Assembly: GCF_002571385.2 (NCBI RefSeq)
Contig: NW_019218608.1
Location: 1-64,000 of the forward strand
Direction: 5' to 3'
Source of the DNA: Stylophora pistillata
Lineage: Eukaryota
DNA: 64,000 nucleotides
Shown here: one piece after another, positions 63,494-64,000 of the stretch
Position numbering within the stretch: position 1 is the first letter of the stretch
Layout of the letters: the number at the start of each line of letters is the position of its first letter
Notes under the pieces: generated by a model
Told to the model about the DNA's origin: nothing
The model's database searches: none
What the model saw: only the letters and a program-made list of their open reading frames with translations
Made by a program: the position numbers and the translations under genes

Positions 63494-63648
63494 TATATAC
63501 CTATATATATTTATANNNNNNNNNNNNNNNNNNNNNNNNNNNNNNNNNNNNNNNNNNNNNNNNNNNNNNNNNNNNNNNNNNNNNNNNNNNNNNNNNNNNN
63601 NNNNNNNNNNNNNNNNNNNNNNNNNNNNNNNNNNNNNNNNNNNNNNNN

Positions 63649-64000
63649 GTTTCGGCCTTCTGGGCCTCATCAGTGCAGTGCTAATGCTAGGATGGAGGAG
63701 AACCAATATGGTCACCCCAAACGATCCAACGTTTGTGGTATCGTCTAAGCCATGCCAGAGTGCTCAAACTAGAGTACACTAGCGAGCATGCGCAATTGCA
63801 GAGCAATGACTCATCCTAGTTAGAGTGCTCAATTTGGACATGAAAGCAAAGCTTTGTATGCCAAAGAGCTATATCTAACTGCAGACAGTACTGTTTCGGC
63901 CTTCTGGGCCTCATCAGTGCAGTGCTAATGCTAGGATGGAGGAGAACCAATATGGTCACCCCAAACGATCCAACCTTTGTGGTATCGTCTAAGCCATGCC
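63649..64000 (-). mobile_element. Tandem retrozyme-like repeat, 244-bp unit, one hammerhead per unit
   Basis: gtttcggccttctgggcctcatcagtgcag at 63649 and 63893. A complete HHR at 63878-63923 is identical to the one at 8549-8594. The array runs off the window end. Confidence 0.88.

Overview
Repeat-rich, AT-rich eukaryotic genomic DNA with spliceosomal introns and several scaffold gaps. The repeat content suggests a marine invertebrate, most likely a stony coral or other anthozoan (inferred, not proven). The only host gene I can support is a divergent kexin/furin-family proprotein convertase in segmentally duplicated, partly decayed copies: most complete at 49690-60670, with fragments at 1872-4588 and 44204-44292. 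It keeps catalytic His, Asn and Ser but has lost both S1 Arg-binding aspartates, and may continue into a PLAT-like exon. Most of the rest is transposon-derived: a Neptune-type Penelope-like element (PLE), CR1/L2-type and RTE LINEs, pogo-type elements, TTAA-flanked Sola3-like remnants, a Harbinger-type element, a Ulp1+PHD relic and hairpin MITEs. The most interesting signals are self-processing motifs and transposon cargo: at least six hammerhead ribozyme motifs (three in PLE terminal repeats, three in retrozyme-like units including a 244-bp tandem) inserted at (TA)n tracts, a canonical 2A/StopGo motif (DVELNPGP) heading the PLE ORF, a candidate HDV-like ribozyme in the RTE 5' UTR, and two pogo-type elements that each carry an antisense HIRAN-like ORF next to the left TIR.
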